Assembly (NCBI RefSeq): GCF_006345805.1
Contig: NC_043000.1
Coordinates: 21,080,001 to 21,144,000 of the forward strand
DNA length: 64,000 nucleotides
From: Octopus sinensis
Taxonomy: Eukaryota
Reading direction: 5' to 3'
A program made the position numbers and the translations under genes. Positions 49,906 through 61,697 of the stretch are shown here, one piece after another (position 1 is the stretch's first letter; each line of letters begins with the position of its first letter). The notes below the pieces were generated by a model. The model ran no database searches. It had not been told where the DNA came from and worked only from the letters and a program-made list of their open reading frames with translations.

Positions 49906-50744
49906 CACGCACTTACACACACTAGCACATACGCATCGTATACATATATATATATATATATATGCAATTTTCCTCATCCCCTCTCCCGCTTTCCCTCACA
50001 CATGTTCATTCTCTTTGTCTTCCCTTGTCTCCTTGTTACGTATCAACGAATTTAACTGTAATATTTTGAACAAATGTCCGTCAATGTCGCTGAATAAAGT
50101 TAAACAATCAGCCTATTTCTATTATTCAATCATTTTTTTTTTCTGTTTAATATACACTTTCGATTTCAGGAACAAAGTATGTATGATGAAACGGAGGCCA
50201 TCCTTTAAAGCGTAAAGAGAACATTGTATAAGAATGCTCCCCTCGGGTTTTCCAATAAAGGAATAATTTGAACTGACAGCTCTGAATTGTCTGGTGCTTT
50301 AATAATATAATATTATGATAATGGCGCTACAATATCTTCTACTTTTGAATAGTATCTGCCTTTGTTTTAACTATTTTGCCTGTTACATTCGATTTTTACT
50401 TGGCTGATTTATGTGAATATTCGTCTTGACAGATTAATATAAAACAAACAACCGAAGGTTTGAGTGAGGCGAGTAAACATAACTATGAATGTGAAGGAAA
50501 TAACTATTGTGTGTAAGTCATACTGCAAACATATCGATATAAGCACACTGACACATACGTACATACGTACATACGTACATACATACATACATACATACAT
50601 ACATACATACATACATACATACATACATGCATGCAAACATACATATATATATATATATATGTACTTATGTATATACATATATATGTATACTAGCTGAAGG
50701 TGACCCGCTCTACGCGCGGGTAAGAGTGTGGTTGTTACTTTCTG

Positions 50745-51071
50745 TTGCTTCCTTTCAGCACGTAAAAAGCACCATCCGAACGTAGCGGATTGCAGCGCCG
50801 CCTTGACTGGCTTCTGTGCTGGTGGCACGTAAAAAGCACCAACCGATCGTGGCCGCTGCCAGCCCCCCTGGCCTGCACCTGCAGCGGCACGAAAAAAGTA
50901 CCCACTACGCTCACAGAGTGGTTGGCGTTAGGAAGGGCATCCACCTGTCGAAACACTGCCAGATCAGACTGGAGCCTGGTGCAGCCTCCTGGCTTCCCAG
51001 ACCCCGTCAAACTGTCCAACCCGTGCTAGCACGGAAAACGGACGTTAAAACGATGATGATGATGATGATGA
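50745..51071 (+). mobile_element. Headless SINE-like repeat with (GAT)n tail (RTE-type tail)
   Basis: Tandem gcacgtaaaaagcacc units, gagtggttggcgttaggaagggcatcc central motif, cggaaaacggacgttaaaacgatgatgatgatg end. Confidence 0.7.
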
Positions 51072-51754
51072 GTCTCCCTCTTTGTTTCTTTCTCTCCTTT
51101 CTCTCTCACTTTCCCCCCACTCTCTACTACTCTTCCTTTCTCTCGGACTCTCCCTCGCTTTCTCTTACTCTCTATCTTTATGTATCTCTCTCCCATTTAT
51201 AAACAACAAAAGATCTTGAGTAAGTTGAAAAATAAAATATTTAGAAAGATCAATCATAAATATCAGGCAGTTACAAAGGAAAGGTCTGCTTCAAGACAGA
51301 CAAGCAAAACACTAACATTTAAAAGGGACAGACGAACTTGCGAGCTGAATAAAAATAATAAAATATTGGAAACCAAAGTTTGAAGGGATAGAATTTGAGG
51401 ATAGTAGAGTCACCATGGCTGGCATTTCTTAACGACGGACAGCAACGTATTGACAGTTCAACGGCTGGCGTAAAATTTTGAACTCTAAATCCCTAAAAAC
51501 CAAGTTTTGACTCGATTCTTTCTCACGACAGTAGACTCACGATGGCAAGCATTCAAAACTTCTTCATCATGGACGGCAACACATTGACGATTAAAAGGCT
51601 GGAGCAAATTTTTTAGCTTGATGTAACAGAGATTGCTAAACACCCGCTCCTTTAATTTTAATCCCCTTCAGCCCCATTATACCCCTTTCCACATTTTGGT
51701 TAATATAACCCGATTTCATTTGGGTCTACTGGGGTCACATTTTATAAGATGAGG

Positions 51755-51946
51755 ACTCAACCAGTTCCAAGTTCTGGTCATAGACCATAGACACTCAACC
51801 AGTTTCCCGATTTCTGGTCATAGACCATAGAACAGTCAAGCAAGTTTCCCGATTTCTGGTCATAGACCATAGAACAGTCAAGCAAGTTTCCCGAGTTCTG
51901 GTCATAGCCATAGAACAGTAAACTAAGTTTCCCGAGTTCTGGTCAT
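51755..51946. repeat. ~42-bp minisatellite, about 5 units
   Basis: caagtttcccgatttctggtcatagaccatagaacagtcaag repeated (units at 51841 and 51883); most units contain the hairpin tggtc-ata-gacca. Confidence 0.9.
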
Positions 51947-52899
51947 TTGCAGAATAAATAGAGACGGCGGAGGTGGCAGACGTCGTGCAATGTAAACATG
52001 ATTTGTATATAAGAGAAGATTGTCCAGATTGTGTGTTGGTGTGTTGGTGGGGCGATGATAATTATCATTAGGAAAAAGAGTGAGTGAGTGAGGAAGACAT
52101 ACATAAGTTGTGGCGATGATAATTGTAGACCCCTTTTCACATTGATGAAGAGAACCGATTTCATTCGGGGGTTGTACTGGGGCCACATATAGGTGTGTGT
52201 GTTGTGTGTGTGTGTGTGGTGTGTGTGTGTGTGTGGTGTGGTGGTGTGTGTGGTGTGTGCGTGTGCACGCTGTAGAAATTAAATTAGAGATAAAACTACT
52301 AATAGGGAAATGAAACAGTAAAAAACCAAAAACAAAAACATAAAAATAAAAATAATATTAGATATATGTATATATGTGTGTGTGTGTGTGTTGACAGGTA
52401 GACAATAGAATGCGATGGCGATAGGGATGGGGATTTTTATTTGTAAATTTGTAGTCCATGAACGCTGATAGATACATGAGTAAAATGTATAGGAAGGTAA
52501 GCGATAAGAAGTGAGTGAAAATGGCTTGGAAGAGAGAATAGCGACAGTGATTTGAGAAGACTTTACATTAAATAACGGTAGTTGCATTGTCAAATGAAGA
52601 GGAGTGCCAGAGTACTGGAGGAAATAGGGTGAGGTAGGAAGATGGCCCCTAGCAACCACACCTTTTAAGATAGGGATTTCTAAGGTAGCCCACGCGCCTC
52701 GTCACCTCATTCTACATGTCCCTGTAAATTTTGGAGCGAATCGGACGGGATGTAGTGGCATTGAAAGCGAACCAAGCGGTAAAAACGCATTTCAGTTTTA
52801 TATATAGAGATATACATGCAGACACACTTATGTATATATTTATATACTACATATGTGTGTGTATGTGTGTGTATATATAAAGAGAGAGAATGAGAGAGA

Positions 52900-52906
52900 G
52901 ACAGAA

Positions 52907-52963
<57 letters not shown>

Positions 52964-53290
52964 TAATAGATAGATAGATAGATAGATAATATGTTTCTTA
53001 TTAGCCACAACAGGGCTGCAACACAGATAGAACAAATTACAAGGTAGATTTTTCTTTTGAAGGTTTAAAATAAAAAATAAAAAAAAAAAAAATAAAAAAA
53101 AAAAAAAATAAAATAAAAAAAAAAAGAAAAAATAAAATAAAATAAAATAAAAAAAAAGGGGGGTCGATCAAAAGGGATCGTAAAAGAGAAAGAGGACCAA
53201 AAAAAAACAAGACGATAGATAGATAGATAGATAGATACTATATAGATAGATAGATAGATAGAAGATAGATAGATAGATAGTAGATTGATT
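52900..53290. repeat. (GATA)n and A-rich low-complexity block
   Basis: Direct inspection. Confidence 0.85.
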
Positions 53291-53422
53291 GATAACACAC
53301 ATAATGTTATATAGAGATATTACATACATGAATATATGTGTCATTATATATAGATTATACCTTTTATACTTATTCTCTTACTTGTCTCAGTCATTCGACT
53401 GCGTCTATGCTAGAACAATATA

Positions 53423-53460
<38 letters not shown>

Positions 53461-53640
53461 TATATATTATATTAAACTTCAATTAATCCGCGCTAAGGCA
53501 CGGTGCGACACCATGGTCGTAACTTCAACCGTGTTTTTTTTCTGTGTGATTTTTGCTACCCAGGTATCGGTTAATTTTGAATAATCCGTAACAATATAAT
53601 CCATTTATCCATTTCAATAATATATATTATATTATATATA

Positions 53641-53712
<72 letters not shown>

Positions 53713-53778
53713 TTGATATAATATATTCTATATATATATTATGTATGTATGTATGTATATATATAATAGATATATATG

Positions 53779-54200
53779 CAGCTATATCATGTTATAACGG
53801 TCCAGCTCACGAGCCTACAATCACTCTTGTTATCCAAGAGAGTGCGCACATTCCAACATAAAATCTTCAAGTTCCATCCAGATTTTGTAAATAAAAGTCT
53901 CTTTGCTTTTCGAGCGCAGGGTGGACATCCGTCAGTTGCGCTAAACTGACCAGATATAGAAAGACAGGCAATTTTTGGTTCACCTTTTCTAGAACCTCCC
54001 CGGCCTTCGGGTGAGCAGTGCCCTCTCCAAATGGAGCTACTCAGACACCCATGCAGAAACCAAATCCTACCACTGTCTTGGGCGACAAGGAAACGACTTT
54101 ATATCTAGCACGGGCTGCCTACGTGCAGGTCGCTGACTATATGCTTCCAACCCGTCAGGTCTGCATGTTTCACCACCTTCACACCGCCGCACGACTTCCG
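53779..54200 (-). mobile_element. RTE LINE 5' end: 5' UTR plus start of the APE endonuclease
   Basis: Minus strand encodes LKILCWNVRTLLDN..ARELDRYN.DIAA across frameshifts (53875-53779), the typical RTE ORF2 start. Confidence 0.8.
54091..54155 (-). ncRNA. Candidate HDV-like ribozyme fold in the RTE 5' UTR (degenerate)
   Basis: P1 ACGGGUU/AGCCCGU, P2 AGCGA/UCGUU, P3 CCU/AGG, L3 GCACGU with a downstream GC for P1.1; catalytic C not evident. Confidence 0.45.
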
Positions 54201-54295
54201 AATAAAAATAAAATAAAAATATACTAAAAATAAATAAATATATAAATATATACTAAAAATTAAGATACATATATACTGAAAATAAAATAAATATA

Positions 54296-54361
<66 letters not shown>

Positions 54362-55448
54362 GTATATTTATTTTATTTTCAGTATTATGTATCTTAATTT
54401 TTAGTATATATTTATATATTTATTATATATATATATATATATATAAAGGTGTATATTGTCCTATGTAATCTTCGTAGTTATGACAGCAGAGTGTGGTCTG
54501 AGCAAGATGTAGCTGCTGCTTCTTGCAGATCGAGTGCCAGTGTAGAAACTAAATCAGTTAAATCCCAGCGTTTATTACCTTTTAAATATTGGACTAATCT
54601 ACTCTGTGTATGGCTCCAACACCGTAGATTCTTATCGAGTTTCTTGTCTACTTAAAGAGCAATGTGTCATTGACAGCGCTTCTACATGATCATCCTACTT
54701 ACTAGAAATGGCAGTCAAATCTTCCTCAAATCAAACTTCACTTGTTTTTTTATAAACAAAACAGAAAATGAGAAATTATGTAGTCTTAGACACATTTATG
54801 CCTGGGAATAGTCACGATTGGATCGTCTTTGATCATAAGTGGGGCACTGAGTAATTTGGGGGCATGAATATAAGAATAACAGCCTTGAAATATCGTTGCA
54901 GTTTTTGGAATGGCTGCACAAAATATTGCAGTTTAATTGCGTAAAATCTGGTTATAGTATCGTGTGATAATGAACGAATGTACAAATGAAGTATATGCTT
55001 TAGCTGGGATCAAATATTATATTCTTTCGTCGTAGAAATATGGTTCCTCATTTGTCGTCTCTCGTAGTCGATTGATAACTTATAGCGCTCTGAGCAATTT
55101 GTTGCTGTTTCTATTCTCTTTTACTTCACTTCGTTTGGTTTATTAATCAGGAAGTTTGGTCTGTAAAGACTAGCTTTGAAGCCATTTTATCTCTCCTGTT
55201 TTACGTCAGAATACACAAAACACGCGCATACACACATGCATTCATGCACACAGATGCACAAATCCTGCCACATTCTGCCTTTGTTTTCCAATCTAAAAAA
55301 TCTGTCTTTCAAACTCATTTTCTGCATGTCTCAATTTCTCCGTCAATATGCCTCTCTTTCTTACTACATTTTGGCTTCTCTCCCTTTCTTTCCATCTCCA
55401 GGCGGCTATTTCTTCCCGATCCTTGTGTAGTTTGTTTCTTTTTATACC

Positions 55449-55454
<6 letters not shown>

Positions 55455-55530
<76 letters not shown>

Positions 55531-55721
55531 CTCCCTTTTTTTCCTTCTCTCCTTCTCTCTTTGTCTTTTCCAATATCTCACAATTTCTTTTCTGCCTTTC
55601 AGTATATTTCTTAACTTCTTTCGTTCATTCTATATAACACTCTTTTTCTTCAACCTTCCCGTTGATATTACCTACGTTTTGCTCTATTTTTCCTGAAATC
55701 TTTTCCCCTATATTCCTCTCT

Positions 55722-55780
<59 letters not shown>
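55455..55780. repeat. (CT)n microsatellites (55455-55525 and 55715-55778)
   Basis: Direct inspection. Confidence 0.9.
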
Positions 55781-56926
55781 CACATACACACACTCACATA
55801 CACATTTTGTTTACTGTTCTAGTACAGGTAGGATCAACAAAAGAAAGTATTCCATGCAACAAGAGAAAAACATATTTTAATACACACAATATTTAGAAAT
55901 GGGTTTCTGATAGTTTCATGCCGTGGAAACACGATCATTCGACAGATGTATATAAAGTACCTTGTGTCTCTAGCTAATCCTTCTGGATTATTGTGATTCC
56001 ACGGCATGAAACTATTAGTAGCTGATATTTAAATACTATTTATAGTAAAATTCAAATTACGATAAACGTAAACAAGCAAACGAAGTTTACTTTAGAAGCG
56101 TTGAGATGTCTTAGAAAGTTAAAGAAGTGATTTTAAATTCTCAAACGCATGGTAATGCTAATAATATAGCCAGAACAGGATAAGCTACCCCTATTTTGCA
56201 GAATCTCTCACTGGATCCAGAACTTTTAGTAGCCTATATTCAAATACTGTTGTGTATGTGTTTGTGTGTGTGTGTGTGGTGTGTGTGTGTGTGTGTGTGG
56301 TGTGTGTGTGTGCGCGCGCGCGTGTGTGCGTGTGTATCGTTGGCGATTTTCTTTCTCCGTCTTCCCTTCCTTGGAGCTTTCCTTTTTCTATGTTTCTGAC
56401 GAAGAGCTCCGCTCGAAACGTTAAATCCTCCTTCTTTCTTTTATTTCCTGAGCGTCGAATAACACCATATTTGTTCCACGTCCTCGCGTTGTTGCCATTT
56501 CCAGCGACGACACCAGACAACACGCTTCCACAGCAGCTACGTTGAGGCTCACCAACTTCGTACAACATTTGGCAACCTCCATCTTCGTCGCCGCCATCGT
56601 CCTAATGTTAACATCTCCACGTACACAGCTCAGCAAGTAATATACCCATATTCCAACAGCTGACTGTTAAGTGAATCATCTCACTACGAATCAACATACG
56701 ACCTGCATAAACTCCTGTACCAATTGGCCAGGCCCAGCATCACAGCCACAACTTCATGTACAACCTGATACAGTATTACGACCAACTACGAACTGATATA
56801 TTATCACCATCTTGTCTACAAACATTTCTCTCACTTCTCTTTATAGACTCTTTCACTGTCTACTTATCAACATCCTTAAACGTACACAACACGCACACAC
56901 ATCCATGCCGATACATACACACACGC

Positions 56927-57112
56927 AAGGCGGTGAGCTGGCAGAACCGTTAGCACACCGGGCGAAATACGTAGCCGTATTTCGTCTGCGGTTACGTTCT
57001 GAGTTCAAATTCCGCCGAGGTCAACTTTGCCTTTCATCCAAACGACTTAATCCGTTTGTCTGTCCTTGTTTGTCCCCTCTATGTTTAGCCCCTTGTGGAC
57101 AGTAAAGAAATA
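56927..57112 (+). mobile_element. SINE family A with internal deletion
   Basis: Head and tail intact; the ~45-nt segment between catcc and cgacttaatcc is missing. Confidence 0.88.
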
Positions 57113-57672
57113 TATAAATGTTGATTGGTTGATTGGTTGTTTGATTCTTCAGCCATGTTATACATCTTATAGAGAAAGGGGGAGAATACTCGAGAAGTAC
57201 AGAGAAAGATATCATAAGAGGTGTGGGATGAATGGAGAGAAAGAGTCATAGAGACTGCGGAGGAAGACGAGGAAGACGAGGTGGAAGAGAGGACGTAAAT
57301 GAAAGAGTACTATGTAAGAGGAGTCATACAAAAGAGAAGTTTGTTTTATTTTATTTTAAGGTAATATTTTTCTTTTGAAAACTAGTGCTTATTTTATTAT
57401 TTCGCGTAAGCACGAGATTTGATGAAAGTTTGAGTTTTCATCCCCACCTTGCTCATAAACAAGCTTATAGAGCAAGCCCAAAAGTGTCAATCCCATAAAG
57501 GTGCCACCCGGGACAGACCACCCAATCATGCCCATCCCCAACTACGCTACTGATTAAATGATGGGCACACTATAGTCCTTAGGTAATTTGATAGACAAAC
57601 ACGGAACCGCTACTGGGCGCTTGACCTGCTAGAAAAAGCAACTAAATATTCCTTTATTCATTAAAAAGTGAA

Positions 57673-58008
57673 GGCGCGTGGCTCAGTGGTTAGAGCGTCG
57701 AGCTTACGATCGTGAGGTTGTGAGCTCAAATCCTGGACCGGGCTGCGTGTTGTGTTCTTGAGCAAGACACTTTATTTCACGTTGCTCCAGTTCACTCAGC
57801 TGTAGAAATGAGTTGCGATGTCACAGGTGCCAAGCTGTATCGGCCCTTGCCTTTCCCTTTAACAACATCGGTGACGTGGAGAAGGGAGGCTGGTATGCAT
57901 GGGCGACTGCTGGTCTTCCATAAAAACAACCTTGCCCAGACTTGTGCCTCAGAGGCTAACTCTCTAGGTGCAAACCCATGGTCAGTGTCTGACTGAAGGG
58001 GGTCATCA
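57673..58008 (+). mobile_element. SINE family C variant with (TCA)n tail and 15-bp TSD
   Basis: ggcgcgtggctcagtggttagagcgtcgagcttacgatcgtgagg head; tcattaaaaagtgaa at 57658-57672 and 58009-58023. Confidence 0.9.
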
Positions 58009-58329
58009 TCATTAAAAAGTGAAATCAAAACTTGGAAATATACAAAAGTGTGTTTCTCTTTTTGTTTTATTTCTTCACTTCGATAGTTTTCGAAATACCT
58101 GAGCAAACAGTAGAGCAGAGAAGCAATAATGATATCTCAAACTGCATAATTGTGAACAACAAATATGAAAAAAACGTCATCTGAATATTTAACTGCTATT
58201 TCATATTATAGATGAGATGAAATAAACATCGGAGATGCTTTGCTCCACGCAGAATCTGTAGAAGCCAATCAGAGGTATTGCAAGCGCTTTTGAGTCTATC
58301 GCAACGTTGGAAACTTTTCTTTACCATCA

Positions 58330-58680
58330 GTAGATATAATCACAAGTGTTTTGCCTCTTAGCCTATTCGTTTTGCCTGGGTGGGGCAGCAAAAACTGAAT
58401 TAGTTTGTCTGCGGAAGGGTTCCACCAGTGGGCTTTGTCAACCACAACCACCTTGAGCTGGTTTCAGCCGTCATGCCTATCTCCTCGACGGCTTTCTTTC
58501 GTTGATTGGGATCCAGATTAATGTTCTGCAGGAAATAGCGCACCGACCCAGCTGAAAAGCTGCAGCAACGGACTTCAACAGAGATTGATGCTATGTGCCA
58601 TCCCTTGACAAGAAGCTCGTCAGACAAGTCGTGATATTTGAATTTCTTTACTTGGTGAGAAATGTCGAGAACTCTGTAAG
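58330..58680 (-). mobile_element. 3' relic of a restriction-like-endonuclease LINE, HERO-like
   Basis: KFKYHDL..LVKGW....VEVRCCSF..SV..FL....RKKAVEEIG..AE.SSRWLWL (ORF 58400..58627) matches the recalled HERO C-terminal pattern KY..L...GW...VEVGCRGF..RKKA...G..AE..S.WLW. Confidence 0.65.
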
Positions 58681-60284
58681 TTCAGTTACGATGATATATC
58701 TACATGATTAGTCTGATAAAGTGATAATTGCAGAGCTTTCAAAGCCAAATATCGACTTATTTCTAAGTAACCAGTGTTTAAAAGAGCGGAGAAGACAACC
58801 TAAAATGCGATTAAAAAGCCGGATATTGCAACAGTTCATCTGTGATGTCACAAACCAGTACTTACGTTATCTAAAAGTTAATGTTTTATCCTCTAATACA
58901 AGAATATGTGCATATTCTGTTGGGACAGTAAAATCAGAAGAGTAGTTAAGGGTAACTATTGACAATGGAGTAGTTAATATAAAGTGTAAAGTATTGGATA
59001 GTGTTGCATTGTGGGAAAGAAATGAGAGAAAGTGGGAGAATAAATATTTGACGATTGGCTTAAAGTTTCAACGTCAAAGAATGGAAGTAATTTCCTGTGA
59101 ATACTGGAGGGGAAAACATTATAGCTGTTAACATTTATGGTCAATGTTTTATCATCTTGCTGTAGTTGTTATTCTTGTTTAGCTCAAAATCAGCTCCGAC
59201 AGCGCAAACCTATGATCAAAAATGTTCCAGCCTTGACCATCTTATACATTGCTTTAGACAATGTGCATCCAGGTCCAGTGAGACTTGACAGCTATGTCTA
59301 ACAATTGAACTACCGTGTAGAGGCTCATTTTTGTGGATCTAGTTAAAATTTGTATTGTGGTGGTATTTAAAGGGAAAAATTTGACAAGACAGGCAGTTGC
59401 CCCCTGACACTCGTTGACGCTACATCAAAGAGGCCAGGGAACAGAAGAAAGAAGACATGCACCCAACACCAGAGCTGAAGACACCTCCGAAAGGGGGGGG
59501 GGGAGCGCCATGTCAGAACGGTAGAGAAGTAGGGGCCGAAACCGGACATGGTTCCTGATGTCTTGAGCTAACTGGATCCTATAAAGGAGCTGTTGTGGTA
59601 GCAGACCACGAACCACGGTTGAAATTCCTCCTTTCCAAACCCGCAAGAATCGCTCACAACTTAGAGATCAGTGTTTTTGATAGAACAAGGAGAAATGTGT
59701 TTCGTGTTAAGGAATAATACAGATCGTTACACTTATTTCGTGTCTACATCAGATATTCACAAATGTTCTCTCAATCACGTGTATTCTTTGTGTTATTTGT
59801 CGAGTCAACAAGGGGAAATCAATAATTGGCAAACTAGCTGCTGACACTTAGTTTTGACGATTCTACAGTGACAGAGAGAGAGAGAGAAATACTCATTATA
59901 TCGCCAATTCACTTTATTGTCACTGGTTCAGTTAAATCTAATGCCAAGTAAAATCAAGATGGTGATCAAGAGATAAAAATCAAATCTTCTACAATCACAT
60001 AGACGTTTTTTCCCTTCATGTTGATATGATGAAATAAATTGAGAAAAATAAAAATAAAATGAACTCTTTTACTGTTTCCTGGGTGTTTTTATTTCCCTAA
60101 TGGTATATGTTTTTTTATTTGCATGTGGATTTTATATTTTATGTGGCATGCACCGACTTCTGTTTCATCCGAAACTAATCAGAAAAGTGACATGCCGTTC
60201 CGAGAAGTGTTATACGAATGATTATCTTAATCGAAAGTTTAAAAAGACAACTATTGAATAAAGTACTCAATGATATTAAAAGGT

Positions 60285-60500
60285 AGAGTAAGGCAGAATC
60301 ATTACCGCACCGGAAGAAGTGCTTACCGGCATTTCTTCCGACTTTACATTCTGAGTTTAAATGCCACCTAGATCGACTTTGCCTTTTATTCCTTTCAGGG
60401 TCGATAAAATAAGTACCAGTTGGACACTGGGGCCAACGAAATCAACTTGCCCCACCTTCTCCCGAAACTGCTGACCTTGTGTCAAAATTCGAAACTGATA
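60285..60500 (+). mobile_element. SINE family A-related degenerate copy, alternative tail
   Basis: ggcagaatcatta..cattctgagtttaaatgcc..gatcgactttgcc..gggtcgataaaataagtaccagttggacactggggcc. Confidence 0.7.
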
Positions 60501-61352
60501 TTAAAACGTAGCGTTTATTTAAATGTAAGCCCTGCACTTATTTTTAAATGAATGCATCGTACTTTCTGATTTGTTTGAATCCGTCTCATAAGGAAGGAAT
60601 TGGTTTCTAATAAAGAAACAAAGTTCCATTGCTGAAATTTGGATAACGAATATTATAAGTGTTACATGTTGATCTGTAGAAATGTCTGACATATTTTTAC
60701 CGTTCGCTTATAGATTTCACTTCTATATGAAGTGCATGTTAGCTGGTCGCTTTCTTTACCTGAAAATCCTATCTTTCTCTGATTGTCACTTGAACGTTTA
60801 CTGACATAGCCGCTTGCCTCGATAATTATGTGAATTTATGGTCAATAGACAAATAGCAGCTTTCGGATCAGGAGCCCGTAGATATTCTCTTTCTATCTGA
60901 TTTTCAAAGAAATATCCACATCTTCGAGACACTGACTAGGCATAATTTCTTTTTTCTGTTTGAAACTCAGTACTATGATTGCACTTGGCGGAAGTTTTGA
61001 TGGAAATATTTGTAAGGACCGTGATAGCCCCCCCCCCCATATCAGTAATTTTGTCGGAGATAAAATAGACGATAAAGGGAAAATACATTTGTAGCGAAGA
61101 GATGAAATTAGAAAGAACGGTCGGTTATTAAAGTAAAATGAAAGCTGACCCTGAACTACGGAAAGGAATGCGTATTCTAAGTTGAGGTTACCAATTTATA
61201 AGTACCGTGCGATGCGAGATGACCAGAATGGCTCTTTAGTACATCACACGGTTGCTACAATAAATATATAATTGAATTGTACATATAAGTGCCAGAGAGA
61301 AAATGGAGACACAACCGCGTAGAATGTTTAAGAGAACTTTTATTGACATGTT

Positions 61353-61403
<51 letters not shown>

Positions 61404-61464
61404 CATGGATACAGAAATAAATTGACAGGCCGTCGTGAGAAGAAAGTTTATGCGTGTATGTATG

Positions 61465-61697
61465 TATCTGTTTCTTTATTACCCACAAGGCGCTAAACAT
61501 AGAGGGGACAAGCAAGGACAGACAAACGGATTAAGTCGATTACATCGACCCCAGTGCGTAACTGGTACTTAATTTATCGACCCCGAAAAGATGAAAGGCA
61601 AAGCCGACCTCGGCGGAATTTGAACTCAGAACGTAGCGGCGGACGAAATACCACAATGCATTTCGCCCGGCGTGCTAACGTTTCTGCCAGCTCGCCG
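61465..61697 (-). mobile_element. SINE family A, full length
   Basis: Reverse complement of the consensus, from cggcgagctggcagaaac to gccttgtgggtaataaagaaa. Confidence 0.9.

Larger units (their letters stand above)
50690..52810 (-). mobile_element. Non-autonomous Helitron (~2.1 kb) with nested SINE-like insert and minisatellite
   Basis: Minus strand starts TC(TC)TATATATAAAACTGAAATGCG..CCGATTCGCTCCAAAATTTAC; ends hairpin CCCGCGCGTAGAGCGGG then CTAG|T. Joining the two ends into one element is inference. Confidence 0.7.

Noticed and set aside
51755-51946. CRISPR-like array (palindromic repeats at regular spacing)
   Set aside because: The intervening sequence is itself repeated, so there are no unique spacers; no cas genes; eukaryotic Helitron context.
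57673-57745. tRNA genes at SINE heads (also 952, 13207, 24113, 39200-39266)
   Set aside because: A/B-box-like motifs are present but each runs into a SINE body and tail, often with a TSD; no complete cloverleaf seen.
58322-58360. Hammerhead-like motif in the HERO-like 3' region
   Set aside because: Both core segments deviate (AAAA for GAAA, CTGATGG) and position 17 would be G, which is not cleavable.
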